NCBI GenBank assembly: GCA_963794325.1
Contig: CAWCDG010000002.1
Coordinates: 64,001 to 128,000, forward strand
From: an uncultured delta proteobacterium
Lineage (GTDB): Bacteria > Desulfobacterota > Binatia > Binatales > Binataceae
Length of the DNA: 64,000 bases
Direction: 5' to 3'
How positions within the stretch are numbered: the first letter of the stretch is position 1; each line of letters opens with the position of its first letter. The translations under genes were made by a program, and so were the position numbers. Below are positions 40,839 through 51,186 of the stretch, in pieces. The notes below the pieces were generated by a model. That model did no database searches. It had not been told where the DNA came from and saw only the letters and a program-made list of their open reading frames with translations.

Positions 40839-42361
40839 TGCGATCGCTCGCGGAACTCAAGTCTTTTACCCGCGAGGCGGCGCGGATTCTCGCGCGCGAG
40901 GAGGACCTCGCGAGCTACGAGATTTATTGCGCCACTGCCGAGCACCGAATCGCGCGCCTTGCCTACACTTCGGACATTCCGAGCCGCGGCCTCGAAGAGT
41001 TCAAGTCGCTTCATGCCGACGGATTCCAATTGCGGATCGCGATGCGCCATAATCCGCACGAAGTGGGCGCCGCATTCGAAGCGGGAGATTTCACCAGCGA
41101 CTCTGTCCGCGACGCGCTCCGTCGCGCGCGCAGCGCCGCGGTCGTCGATCCGCATTTCGCTGGCTTCCCCGCTGCGCCACTCGAGCGAAAAGTTGCGTTC
41201 GCTGAAAAAAGCGATCTCGCGAGAGTGGGGGACAGCGCGATCGCCGCCGCTGCGTGGGACGTGCTCGACGGCGCGCTCGCTGCGTTCGCGAAACGTCCCG
41301 CGAACTATCGAATTGAGCACCCTGGCCTGATCATCGGCGGCGACGTATCGGTGATTCGCGATCGAATCGCGATCTTCAATTCGAATTTCGCTGAGGTCCG
41401 CACCGACGAAAGCGCGCACTTCAATGCGTCCGTCACGTCAATCGTCGAATCGCTCGACGCGAAGGGGACTGCCACTACGCTCGGCGATTCCACCGCTGCG
41501 ATGCGCCGCGACGCTCACGTCATCGGCCGCGACGCCGTCCGCCGCGCGCTCGCTCTCTCGCATGGCGCGCGGCCGGCCGCGGGAAAATTCCGCGTCGTGC
41601 TGGGACCGCAGCCGATCGCCGAGATTCTCAATTACATGGTGATGGGATCGCTCACCACAGGCGCGTTTCATGCCGCCAGTTCGGCCTATCAAGCAAAGTT
41701 CGGCACGCCTGTGATGGATTTGCGCCTGAGCCTCTCTGACGACCCGGCCTTCACCGCGGGTGCGATTCGCCGTCGAATCACTTGTGAAGGAATCCCCGCG
41801 CGCCGTGTTGAATTGATCCGCGACGGCAAGCTCGTCGGCTTGCTCTCGAATTTCTACGATACCCACCGCATGCTCACTGATGAGCATCGCGCCGAAAAGC
41901 TGGGCTCGAGCGCGCCCGCGAAGCTCGATTTCCCTCCGCTGAGCGGTTACCGCCTCGGCGAAGGTGGCGGACGACGCTTCGACGCGAGTCCGGGCTCGGC
42001 GGGAACCAACGTAGTGATGCGCGCGCGCGGCGGCCTCAACGACCGGGAGCTCGTACGCGCCGTCGGTGACGGAATCTACGTCGGCCGCATCTGGTACACC
42101 TATCCGATCAACGGCCAGCGTGCGGGAGATTTCACCTGCACCGTCACCGGCGACTCGTACCTCATTCGCGACGGCAAAATCGCCGAGCCGCTCGCCCCCA
42201 ACTGTTTGCGCATCAACGCGAACATCGCGCAGGTCTTCGAGCATCCTCTGGCAGTTGGATCGCGAGCGCGTCCCGCGACGGTGTGGGGCTCGCCCGAGGC
42301 CTACTACGTTCCTTCGATCGCCGCCGACTCGGTCGCGCTGGCGGAAGTCGCGCCAACTTAG
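40838..42361 (+). CDS. pmbA: PmbA/TldE-family protein
   Basis: TGATG coupling to tldD; LSDDP, CEG, LIRDGKL, GDF; lacks HExxH as expected. Confidence 0.8.
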   Translation: MRSLAELKSFTREAARILAREEDLASYEIYCATAEHRIARLAYTSDIPSRGLEEFKSLHADGFQLRIAMRHNPHEVGAAFEAGDFTSDSVRDALRRARSAAVVDPHFAGFPAAPLERKVAFAEKSDLARVGDSAIAAAAWDVLDGALAAFAKRPANYRIEHPGLIIGGDVSVIRDRIAIFNSNFAEVRTDESAHFNASVTSIVESLDAKGTATTLGDSTAAMRRDAHVIGRDAVRRALALSHGARPAAGKFRVVLGPQPIAEILNYMVMGSLTTGAFHAASSAYQAKFGTPVMDLRLSLSDDPAFTAGAIRRRITCEGIPARRVELIRDGKLVGLLSNFYDTHRMLTDEHRAEKLGSSAPAKLDFPPLSGYRLGEGGGRRFDASPGSAGTNVVMRARGGLNDRELVRAVGDGIYVGRIWYTYPINGQRAGDFTCTVTGDSYLIRDGKIAEPLAPNCLRINANIAQVFEHPLAVGSRARPATVWGSPEAYYVPSIAADSVALAEVAPT

Positions 42362-42366
42362 CTCGA

Positions 42367-43437
42367 CTACATCCGCTCGATTACGTCGCGCGAAATTTCG
42401 TCGACGCAATCGTTGTAACCGTCCATCGGCGGATTGATGAACACTTGCGACAGTCCGGCACGTTCCATTGCTCGCAGCCGTTCGACGATCTCCTCCTTCG
42501 GCCCGATCATAGTTGTCGCCGCGATCGTCTCGGGCGTCACGTACTTCTGTTCCAGCGGCGCGACGTACGTACAGTGCCCGATGTGCAGCTCTAGGTAACG
42601 CTCGGACGCCGGCGTCTTCATCTTCGCGACGTACTCCTCGTATGCCTTGTACACTTCGGCGACTGCCTCGGGCAGGTAACCGGCGCGCGCATATCCCGCC
42701 GCGATCGCATGGAAACTCGCCATTACCCAGTGCCCGGTCATCGCCTTCACGCGCGGCGAATCTAGTTTCTCACCGGGCCTCAATACGCAAATGTGAGTCA
42801 GCGATACGATCGGCATTTTCTCCGCACTGCGCCCGGCTTTCGACGCGCCGGCCTCGAGGCTTTTTCTCACTGCGCCGACTCGATCGGCGTCCGTGACTCC
42901 CGTCGTGATCGCGCCGTCGCCAAACTCGCCCGCAAGCGCCAAAGTCTTGGGGCCGTTGGCTGCCACGTACAGTGGAATCTTGTCGTCGAGGTTGATGAAG
43001 CGCCGATCGCGATGCAGGTACCTGATTTTCCGGCTGAGTCCCTCGGTGTTGTAAATCGCCTCGCCGTCACGCAGTAGATCGCGAATCACGCGCACCTGCT
43101 CGCGAAACTCCGCCTGCTTGACCGGCGGCAATCCCATCACGCGCCGCCCCGTATGCCCGGTGCCGAATCCGAGAATCACCCGTCCCGGCGCGAGCTGATT
43201 GATCGTCGCGATCGAATGCACCGTCACCGGGGGAATTCTGTTCGATGCAATCGCCACGCCCGTGCCGAGTTTGATCTTTTTCGTGTTCACGGCCGCCAGC
43301 GCCATGCAGGCGTAGGTATCGCCCCAAATCATGTGCGAGTCGGGAATCCAGGCGTGAGTGAAGCCGCGCTCCTCGGCGTACTTGACGTCGGTGATTGCGC
43401 GCTCCGGCTTGGTGAATATCAGAGTTCCAAAATCCAT
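42367..43437 (-). CDS. LLM-class flavin/F420-dependent oxidoreductase
   Basis: WIPDSH, LGTGV, PGRVILGFGTG, YVAANGPKTLALAGEFGDG. Confidence 0.9.
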   Translation of the reverse strand: MDFGTLIFTKPERAITDVKYAEERGFTHAWIPDSHMIWGDTYACMALAAVNTKKIKLGTGVAIASNRIPPVTVHSIATINQLAPGRVILGFGTGHTGRRVMGLPPVKQAEFREQVRVIRDLLRDGEAIYNTEGLSRKIRYLHRDRRFINLDDKIPLYVAANGPKTLALAGEFGDGAITTGVTDADRVGAVRKSLEAGASKAGRSAEKMPIVSLTHICVLRPGEKLDSPRVKAMTGHWVMASFHAIAAGYARAGYLPEAVAEVYKAYEEYVAKMKTPASERYLELHIGHCTYVAPLEQKYVTPETIAATTMIGPKEEIVERLRAMERAGLSQVFINPPMDGYNDCVDEISRDVIERM

Positions 43438-43501
43438 AAGTCAGCGCCCTCTCTTTGCGACGTGACTATAGCCGACCTTCACCGCCATTCGTCAAAGCAA
43501 T

Positions 43502-44296
43502 CTATGGCGCGACGCCGATCGCAGCGAACACTCGATGTATCACGGGCATCGGATCCTCGGGCCATCGCTCCGCCAGCATCGCGCGCAATTCGTCGTCGAA
43601 TGCCGCAACCGCCTCCGGCGCAAGGCTCGCGCCAACTCCCGCACTCGCGCGAATCCGCCCGCGCCACGCTTCATGCGTATAGATCGCGTCGATGTCGAAC
43701 GAGAACGTTTCGATACTTTTGAAACCCGCGACCGCTATGTCGCGCAGCCATTGGGGATGGATTCCCAAACCTCCGCCGAGCTTCCATTTCGGATTGTGTT
43801 TCTCGATCAGCTTTTCCGTCGCTTCGATCATATTGCCGGGCAGCGGAATCCAGTCGAAATGAGCGATCACCAACCTGCCGCCCGGTTTCAGCACGCGTCG
43901 CGCTTCCGCGGCTGCGCGAGGACGATCGAACCAATGCCAACATTGTCCAGCCGTCACGAGATCGAACTCCGCCGCGGGCAGCCCGGTTTCTTCTGCTGAC
44001 GCGTTGACGTATTGGACGACGACGCCCGCGTCACGATCCAGCTCGGCAGCTTGCTCCATCAGCGGCGCCGATCGATCGAAGCCGATAACTTCGCACCCGC
44101 GAAGCGCCAGCCCGCGCGCGATTGTGCCGGTGCCGGTTCCCAGGTCGAGCGCGCGCATTCCAGCTTTCAAAATTCCTGACGTAGCCAGCCGTTCGAAGAA
44201 TTCGTCGGGGAACCCCGCGCGATGACGTCCATAGTCGCTGGCCGTCTTCCCAAAATCCGCGCGCAACTCCTTAAACCGTACTTCCGCTGAGCTCAT
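43502..44296 (-). CDS. Class I SAM-dependent methyltransferase
   Basis: FGKTASDYGRHRAGFP, LDLGTGTG, TAGQCWHWF, LKPGG; start set at ATG 44296. Confidence 0.9.
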   Translation of the reverse strand: MSSAEVRFKELRADFGKTASDYGRHRAGFPDEFFERLATSGILKAGMRALDLGTGTGTIARGLALRGCEVIGFDRSAPLMEQAAELDRDAGVVVQYVNASAEETGLPAAEFDLVTAGQCWHWFDRPRAAAEARRVLKPGGRLVIAHFDWIPLPGNMIEATEKLIEKHNPKWKLGGGLGIHPQWLRDIAVAGFKSIETFSFDIDAIYTHEAWRGRIRASAGVGASLAPEAVAAFDDELRAMLAERWPEDPMPVIHRVFAAIGVAP

Positions 44297-44401
44297 GCGC
44301 CTTACCTCTCTTGAACTTGACTGTATAGAACTGTCTCTATCTGGATGCAAGTTGACTCGACACCACTTGACGCGCCCCCCCGCGCGTGGCGTGATTCTCA
44401 T

Positions 44402-45733
44402 GTGGCCAGTCGCAATCCTGAGCGCGCCAATTCCGAACGCGCCGGCATGATGACCGCGAACGAGGCGGCCGATCAGCTTGGCGTAAAGCTTGGCACGCTC
44501 TACGCCTACGTCAGTCGCGGATGGCTGAAGAGTTATCGGCGCAAAGTTGGCCGCCAGGCTCTCTATCGACGCGCCGACATCGAAGCGCTGCGCGGAGTCG
44601 TTTCCAACGAGCGCGGACGTCGCGGACGAAGCCTGCCCGCCGCATCGACCTGGGTAACCGTCGCGCAACCCAAGAGCATCGACGACGGCGCGCCCGGCGT
44701 CATCGTAGCCGAGTCGGCGGTGAGCTCGATCAACGAAAGCAAGCTCGCTTATCGAGGCTATCCGATCGAGGAGATCGTCGCGCACGCGTCGTTCGAAGAA
44801 GTCTGTCTCCTGCTCTGGAGCGGCGAGCGTCCCGTCGCCGAAGAGATCGCCGCGCTGCGTGCCGAGATTCATGGAGCTCATATGCCGCCCTCGGTCGCCG
44901 ATGCGCTCGCCGCGGTTGGTGACGATGCGCCTCCGCTGTTGAGGCTGGCCGCCGTGATGCCGAGTCTTGCTGCGTGGGATCGCCGTCAGCCGCCGCGCAC
45001 TCGAATCGACCGCGCCAAGCTGATCATCAGCCAGCTCCCGCTCGCACTCGCGCAACCGCCCGCGCCAGGAAGTCCAGGAGGCCGCGGCATGGCCGGGCGC
45101 TTACTCGGATGGGTCCCCGGCTCGACGGCGTCCGAATGGGAAGTCGAGGCGCTCGACCGCGTTTTGATCGCATGCGCGGAGCACGAGCTCAACGCCTCGA
45201 CTTTCGCCGCGCGCGTGATCGCGAGCACCGGCGCCGACCTCTTCGCTTCCGTGCTCTCCGCGTTGTGTTCGCTGAGTGGACCGATTCACGGCGGTGCGTG
45301 CGATCGAATCGAGGCGATGTTCGCCGAGCTCGAATCCGGCGCGCGCGTCGATGAATGCCTCGCAGCTTTCACTCGTGACCATCGCCTGCCACCCGGCTTC
45401 GGTCATGCAATTTACCCCGACGGCGATCCGCGCGCCGCGCTGCTGCGGCAGGTCGCGCAGACGATCGCCAAGCATCGCGGCCGCCGCCTGTTTGAAACCG
45501 CGCAAAAAGTCGAGGGTGCCGTTTCCAAGCGTGATCGACTGCGCCCCAATCTCGATTTTTACCTCACCGTGTGCGTCCGCATGCTCGGCTTTCCGCGCTC
45601 GATGCCTGCCGCAATTTTCGCTATCGGCCGCGCCTCGGGATGGATCGCGCACGCCCTCGAGCAATACGCCGACAACCGGCTGATCCGCCCGCGTATGCGT
45701 TATCGCGGCGCTCCGCTGCGCCACTGGGAATAG
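44402..45733 (+). CDS. Citrate synthase-like protein with N-terminal helix-turn-helix (excisionase-type) domain
   Basis: TANEAADQLGVKLGTLYAYVSRG HTH; YRGY, EHELNASTF, GPIHGG, GFGH, NLDF, GWIAH. Confidence 0.88.
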   Translation: MASRNPERANSERAGMMTANEAADQLGVKLGTLYAYVSRGWLKSYRRKVGRQALYRRADIEALRGVVSNERGRRGRSLPAASTWVTVAQPKSIDDGAPGVIVAESAVSSINESKLAYRGYPIEEIVAHASFEEVCLLLWSGERPVAEEIAALRAEIHGAHMPPSVADALAAVGDDAPPLLRLAAVMPSLAAWDRRQPPRTRIDRAKLIISQLPLALAQPPAPGSPGGRGMAGRLLGWVPGSTASEWEVEALDRVLIACAEHELNASTFAARVIASTGADLFASVLSALCSLSGPIHGGACDRIEAMFAELESGARVDECLAAFTRDHRLPPGFGHAIYPDGDPRAALLRQVAQTIAKHRGRRLFETAQKVEGAVSKRDRLRPNLDFYLTVCVRMLGFPRSMPAAIFAIGRASGWIAHALEQYADNRLIRPRMRYRGAPLRHWE

Positions 45734-45824
45734 CGTTCCCGTCCCGGTCCGCATTCGCCGCGCACATTGCTCTTTGACGCAGACCGGCGCGCCGTCGTAT
45801 TGAAGGTACTCAGAGGTTTCGCAA

Positions 45825-46851
45825 ATTAAAGCGATCGCAAAGACTCGTCCCGCTCCCGGCGCCGAACTGATCGACGCTCCCGTGCCGACGCCCGCCGAAT
45901 CGACCCTGCTCGTTCGCGTCGGTGCGTGCGGCGTATGCGGCTCCGACTTGCACATCGTCGATTGGGAACTCGGCGCCGAGCGGATGGTCGCGCGCCTCCC
46001 GGTCATTCTCGGTCACGAACCCGCGGGCGAAGTCGTCGAGGTCGGCGCACGCGTCACCAACTTCAAAGTAGGCGATCGAGTCGCGCTCGATCCGTTTGGG
46101 CATTGCGGGCGATGCGGTCCCTGCCGCGCCGGCCGCTTCCATCTTTGCTCGTCGCCCACCACGCTCTCCGGCGCATTCGCCGAGTTCACCGTCGCGCCCG
46201 TTCAAAACGCGCACCTCGTTCCTTCCACCATGAACATTGAGCAGGCTGCGCTGCTCGAGCCCTTCGGCACCGGCCTTCACGCCGTCGAACAGTCGTGTCT
46301 CAAGGCTGGCGACAGCGCAGTGGTCGAAGGTCCCGGCCCCATCGGCCTTAGCATCGCGCTGGCTGCCCGGGCCCTCGGCGTCACATCCATAGTGATGACC
46401 GGGCTGGCGGTCGACGCGGATCGGCTCGCCCTCGCGCGCACGATGGGCTTCAAAACCGTCTCGGCTGGCGATCGCGATTGGATCGAGCAGGTGCGCGCGA
46501 TGCTTCCTGCCGACGGTGCCGACGTTGTATTCGACGCGGCAGGGTGCGATCGATTCGCCGCGCGAGTTACTCCGCCGTGGCGGCCAGCTGGTCGAAGTCG
46601 GATGGCCCGCGCGCGATCTCAAATCAGCGGAGCTGCGCGCGCTTTTTTTTCACGGCGTGACGATTATCAACTCTCGCATCCGCACCCCGGAAACCTGGCG
46701 CCGCGCAATCGCGATGGTCTCGAGCGGCGCGGTCGATTTACTTCCGATGATCACCCATCGCTATTCCATCGCGCACGGCCTCGAAGCCTTCGACCTCCTG
46801 CGCGAGCGCCGCGGAGTAAAGGCACTGATTATCCCCTCGGTTAGTCAATGA
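45825..46851 (+). CDS. Zn-dependent alcohol/threonine dehydrogenase-like protein, frameshifted near 46545
   Basis: KAIAKTRPAPGAEL, CGSDLH, GHE, CGRCGPC, GPGPIG; C-terminus continues in the 46516 frame. Confidence 0.82.
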
Positions 46852-46876
46852 GTATAAGAACTTCGGAGCCTGACTA

Positions 46877-46922
46877 TTCTTGTGTCATTCAGAGCGGAGT
46901 CTGCGCAGCGAAGAATCCCGGC
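46877..46922 (+). repeat. GTCATTCAGAGCG-type REP copy
   Basis: TTCTTGTGTCATTCAGAGCG...GCGAAGAATCCCGG, also found within the 53/57-kb repeats. Confidence 0.7.
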
Positions 46923-46967
46923 TCGAATTTGTGGATTAGCTAATCGAGTAGTATTTGGAGAATTACT

Positions 46968-48086
46968 ATGAAAGACGGATTCAAAATCGCCGATGTAGAT
47001 ACTCACTTGATGGAACCAGACTATGTATTCGAACGCTACATCGACGAGCGCTACAAGTCTGCCGCACCCAAAATAGGTATTGCGCCCGAGTCCGGGCGTC
47101 GCACTTTCCTGGTCGAAGGCGAACCTTTCACCCGCGAGAAAGGCAAATATCCGATGGCGGCGCCCGGCTTCCTCGACGCGGTTCGCAAAGCGATGAAACG
47201 TTTCGAGCGCGCTGCCAAGTTAGGCTTCAGCCCCGAGAGCCGCATCATGGACATGGACGAGCAGGGCGTCGACGTTCAAATTGTCTATCCCACCGCGGCC
47301 GGCCAGATGCTGGGTCGCGAATTCCGCGACCCGCAACTGCTCGCGGCGTGCTGCCGTGCCTACAACGATTGGAGCGCCGACTATTGCTCGAAGACCAGGG
47401 ATCGAGTGAAGTGGGCCGCCATTCTGCCCATGCAGGACGTAGGCGAATCGATCAAAGAAGCGAATCGCGCGGCAAAGAACGGCGCGATCAGCTTTTACGT
47501 GCGGCCTAACCCGGTCCGCGGCCGCGCGATCTTTCATGACGACTATCTTCCGCTGTGGGCTGAGGTCGAAAAACTCGGACACCCGATCTCCACCCACGAT
47601 TCCGGCTCCGCGTCGGTCGAGTCGTTCGGCGATCGCATGGACACTCACGTCACCGGCCACATCCTGTCGCATCCATTCGAGGCGATGGCCGCGATGGCGG
47701 GTCTTATCTGGTACGGCGTAATCGAAAAGTTCCCCAAGCTCCGGGTCGTCCAGGTCGAAGCCGACGGCGGATGGGTTCCCTACTGGCTACAGCGGATGGA
47801 ACAGCATTGGGATTTCAGCGGCAACTCGGAGCATGAGTATTTGCGCAAACGCCCGACTGAGTATTTCAAAAGTAACTTCTTCGTAGCCTTTCGCGGCGAC
47901 GAACCAACGATGAAAGCCGCTCTCGATATAGTCGGCGATAACAACTTCCTGTGGGACACTGACTATCCGCACCCCGACGGCACCTTCCCATGGGGCATCG
48001 ACGCGGTATTGAAACAATCGATTCCGCATTCGAGCAAAAAGAAGATCCTCTGGGACAATGCCACTCGTGCTTTCGGCTTCAACTGA
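46968..48086 (+). CDS. Amidohydrolase 2 family protein
   Basis: ADVDTHLMEP, DMDEQGVD, YNDW, EADGGW, DTDYPHPD. Confidence 0.9.
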   Translation: MKDGFKIADVDTHLMEPDYVFERYIDERYKSAAPKIGIAPESGRRTFLVEGEPFTREKGKYPMAAPGFLDAVRKAMKRFERAAKLGFSPESRIMDMDEQGVDVQIVYPTAAGQMLGREFRDPQLLAACCRAYNDWSADYCSKTRDRVKWAAILPMQDVGESIKEANRAAKNGAISFYVRPNPVRGRAIFHDDYLPLWAEVEKLGHPISTHDSGSASVESFGDRMDTHVTGHILSHPFEAMAAMAGLIWYGVIEKFPKLRVVQVEADGGWVPYWLQRMEQHWDFSGNSEHEYLRKRPTEYFKSNFFVAFRGDEPTMKAALDIVGDNNFLWDTDYPHPDGTFPWGIDAVLKQSIPHSSKKKILWDNATRAFGFN

Positions 48087-48095
48087 GTAATCAAA

Positions 48096-49286
48096 GTGGA
48101 CTTCGAATACACCCCGGAACAGGAATCCTTCCGCCACAAGGTCCGCACGTGGATCGATGCGAACCTCCCGAAGGATCTCTGCGTCGACGATGCCCAGGAC
48201 GAACGCATCGCGCCCAATCGCGAGGTCTTCGAACGCCGCCGCGCCTGGCAAGCGAAACTCCACAGCGCCGGATACGCCGGCCTATCGTGGCCGAAAGAAT
48301 ACGGCGGCCACGCGGCGACCCTCATCGAGCAAGTCATCTGGGACGAGGAATATTCGCGCGCCCGCGCGCCGGTACTGCCCAACTACTTCGGGCTCGGCCT
48401 GTGTGGTCCGACTCTGATGAACTGGGGTACCGAGGCGCAGAAGAAAAAATTCCTGCCGCGAATCCTCGGCGCCGACGACATCTGGTGCCAGGGTTACTCG
48501 GAGCCGGGCGCCGGTTCCGACCTGGCCGGCCTCTCGACGCGCGCCGCCGACATGGGCGACTACTTTCTCGTCAACGGCCAGAAAGTCTGGACCTCGGGCG
48601 CGCAATACGCCGACTGGATGTTCATGCTCGCGCGCACTGACCCCGAAGCGCCCAAGCATCGCGGTATCAGCTACTTGCTGCTCGATATGAAAAGTTCGGG
48701 CATCACAGTCCGTCCGCTGGTCCTGATGAACGGTCACTCGCATTTCAACGAAGTCTTTTTCGACAATGTGCAGGTGCCCAAGGAAAACCTGGTCGGCCCG
48801 CTCAACGAAGGATGGAAAGTCGCGATGACGACGCTCAGCTATGAGCGCGCGTTCGCCGGCGGTGGCGGCCACGGCTCGCAGGTCCGCCGCCTCGCGGAAC
48901 TCGCGAAGATCGTCACGATCGACGGCAAGCCCGCGTGGGAGCAGGAGTGGGTGCGTCAACAGCTCGCGCAGTTCATGATCGAATGCGAGGCCGCGCGGTA
49001 CACGCGATTGCGCTCGCTCACGCGCCAGCTTCGAGGATTGCCGCCGGGACCCGAAGGCTCGATGCTCAAACTGTTCGGCTCCGAGCTCGGCGTGCGCATC
49101 GCGCGCTTCTCGACCGAACTGCTGGGCGCATATGGTCTGGTCGGCGAGCCGACTGGCGTAGTCGCCGATTCCCCGCGATGGCTCAACCGAGTGCTGAGCT
49201 CGCGCCAATACACAATCGCGGGCGGCACCAGCGAAATCCAACGCAACATAATCGGCGAGCGCACTCTAGGCTTACCGAAGGGCTGA
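48096..49286 (+). CDS. Acyl-CoA dehydrogenase family protein
   Basis: WCQGYSEPGAGSDLA, NGQKVWTS, FNEVFFD, IAGGTSEIQRNII. Confidence 0.94.
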   Translation: MDFEYTPEQESFRHKVRTWIDANLPKDLCVDDAQDERIAPNREVFERRRAWQAKLHSAGYAGLSWPKEYGGHAATLIEQVIWDEEYSRARAPVLPNYFGLGLCGPTLMNWGTEAQKKKFLPRILGADDIWCQGYSEPGAGSDLAGLSTRAADMGDYFLVNGQKVWTSGAQYADWMFMLARTDPEAPKHRGISYLLLDMKSSGITVRPLVLMNGHSHFNEVFFDNVQVPKENLVGPLNEGWKVAMTTLSYERAFAGGGGHGSQVRRLAELAKIVTIDGKPAWEQEWVRQQLAQFMIECEAARYTRLRSLTRQLRGLPPGPEGSMLKLFGSELGVRIARFSTELLGAYGLVGEPTGVVADSPRWLNRVLSSRQYTIAGGTSEIQRNIIGERTLGLPKG

Positions 49287-49314
49287 CACTCAAAGAGATC
49301 GGCGAGGTACTTAA

Positions 49315-49731
49315 TTGGAACTGGAACTGCTCTTCGAAATCACCGCCGCGATAGCGCCGCCAATTTTGATTCCCGATACGCCGGACGGAACTCGCGTCGT
49401 CGTGCACGTCACCGGCGGAAAATTCGAGGGCCCGCGCGTCAAGGGGACGGTGCTCGCGAGCGGCGCCGATTGGTTCCTGATTCGTCCCGACGGCAAGGTC
49501 GGAATTATCGATGTGCGCCTCGTGCTGAAGACCGACGACGGCGAGAATATCTACATGACCTACACCGGTCGCGCGAAGATAGGCCCGAGCGGTCCCCACG
49601 GCCTCGCAACAACGCCGGTCTTCGCGACCTCGACCAAGGGCAAGTATGCGTGGCTGAACGACGTACAGGCATTCGCGACCGGTGAACCGGTCGCCGGCGG
49701 CGTGACGTACAAAGTGTATATCCCGAAGTAG
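49315..49731 (+). CDS. DUF3237 family protein
   Basis: GGKFEGPRVKGTVL, GADW, LKTDDG, KYAWLN. Confidence 0.85.
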   Translation: MELELLFEITAAIAPPILIPDTPDGTRVVVHVTGGKFEGPRVKGTVLASGADWFLIRPDGKVGIIDVRLVLKTDDGENIYMTYTGRAKIGPSGPHGLATTPVFATSTKGKYAWLNDVQAFATGEPVAGGVTYKVYIPK

Positions 49732-49734
49732 CCG

Positions 49735-51171
49735 CTAGCCGGCGAGTTTTGCGCGCAGGATTTCGTTGATTACTTTCGGGTTGGCTTTACCGCCCATCGC
49801 TTTCATTACCGCGCCGACGAAGAAGCCGAATAGTTTGTCGCGGCCTGCGCGATACTCGGCGACCTTCTCCGGTTCGGCGGCGAGTATTTTGTCGACGGCT
49901 GATGCGATCGCGCTTTCATCTGATACTTGCGCGAGGCCGAGTTCGGCGATTGTTGCCTGAGCGCCTTTGCCGGATTTCACCATCGCGGCGAAGGCGGTCT
50001 TTGCGGCGTTGAGACTTATCTTCTGCGCTTCGACCATCGTGAGCAGCGCGCCCACCTCCGGAGCTGGAGGTACGGCTTCGGCGAACGGCCGGTCGGAATC
50101 GCCGGCGACGCGCAGCACTTCGGTCATCACCCAGTTCGCGGCGCTCTTGCGATTCTTCAGTCCGGGCAGCGTGGCTTCGAAGTAGTCGGCGACGTCGCGG
50201 TCGGCGAGCAGTACGCCGGCTTCGTATTCCGTCAGGCCCTCGCGCACGTAGCGGGCTTTTCGGTCGGCCGGCAGCTCGGGCATGGATTGTCTCACCTGTT
50301 CTTCCGCTTCCGCAGGCACGATCAGCGGCGGGAGGTCGGGCTCGGGGAAGTAGCGATAGTCATTCGCATACTCTTTCGAGCGCATCGGACGCGTTTCCTT
50401 CCGCGCCGGGTCCCACAAATGAGTTTCCTGAGCGACTTTGCCGCCTGATTCGACAATAGCTACTTGGCGATTCACCTCATACTCAATTGCGTCTTCGACG
50501 AAGCGGAAGGAGTTGAGATTCTTAATCTCAGTTCGGACGCCATACTCAGTTGCACCGCGCTTGCGGATCGATACGTTGCAATCGCATCGGAAGCTGCCTT
50601 CTTCCATCTTGCCGTCGGACGCATCGACGTAGCGAAGGATCGCGCGCAGTTGGCGCAGGTACGCGCCCGCATCCTCTGCCGAGCGGAGATCCGGCTCGCT
50701 GACGATTTCGATGAGCGGCACGCCTGAGCGGTTGAAATCGACCAGGCTGGCGGTTTCGGCATGGATATTCTTGCCGGCGTCTTCCTCGATATGGATTCGC
50801 GTGAGCCTTATTCGGCGCGATTCTCCATTCTCAGTTGGCGGCAAGTCGATGTATCCGCCTTTGCAAATTGGGGTTTCGTACTGACTAATCTGATAGCCTT
50901 TCGGCAGGTCGGGATAGAAGTAACTTTTGCGGTCGAAAATAGAGTAGGGCGCTATAGTACAATGCGCTGCGAGACCGGTTCGAATAGCCAGTTCGACGAC
51001 GCGGCGATTGAGTACAGGCAGGACACCGGGCATCCCCATGCAGATCGGGCAGACGTTTTCGTTTGGGCCGGCGCCGAAGGTCGTCGAGCATCCGCAGAAC
51101 AGTTTCGATCGGGTCAAAAGATGGGTATGGACTTCGAGTCCGATTACCGCTTCGTATGCATCTCGATTCAT
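49735..51171 (-). CDS. gatB: Asp/Glu-tRNA amidotransferase subunit B
   Basis: IGLEVH, FDRKSYFYPDLPKGYQISQ, HIEEDAGK, YRYFPEPDL. Confidence 0.98.
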   Translation of the reverse strand: MNRDAYEAVIGLEVHTHLLTRSKLFCGCSTTFGAGPNENVCPICMGMPGVLPVLNRRVVELAIRTGLAAHCTIAPYSIFDRKSYFYPDLPKGYQISQYETPICKGGYIDLPPTENGESRRIRLTRIHIEEDAGKNIHAETASLVDFNRSGVPLIEIVSEPDLRSAEDAGAYLRQLRAILRYVDASDGKMEEGSFRCDCNVSIRKRGATEYGVRTEIKNLNSFRFVEDAIEYEVNRQVAIVESGGKVAQETHLWDPARKETRPMRSKEYANDYRYFPEPDLPPLIVPAEAEEQVRQSMPELPADRKARYVREGLTEYEAGVLLADRDVADYFEATLPGLKNRKSAANWVMTEVLRVAGDSDRPFAEAVPPAPEVGALLTMVEAQKISLNAAKTAFAAMVKSGKGAQATIAELGLAQVSDESAIASAVDKILAAEPEKVAEYRAGRDKLFGFFVGAVMKAMGGKANPKVINEILRAKLAG

Positions 51172-51186
51172 CAGATTCTCTGTCCG

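Noticed and set aside
39258-42361. RiPP cluster around tldD/pmbA
   Set aside because: No precursor peptide, YcaO or other maturase nearby; treated as a housekeeping pair
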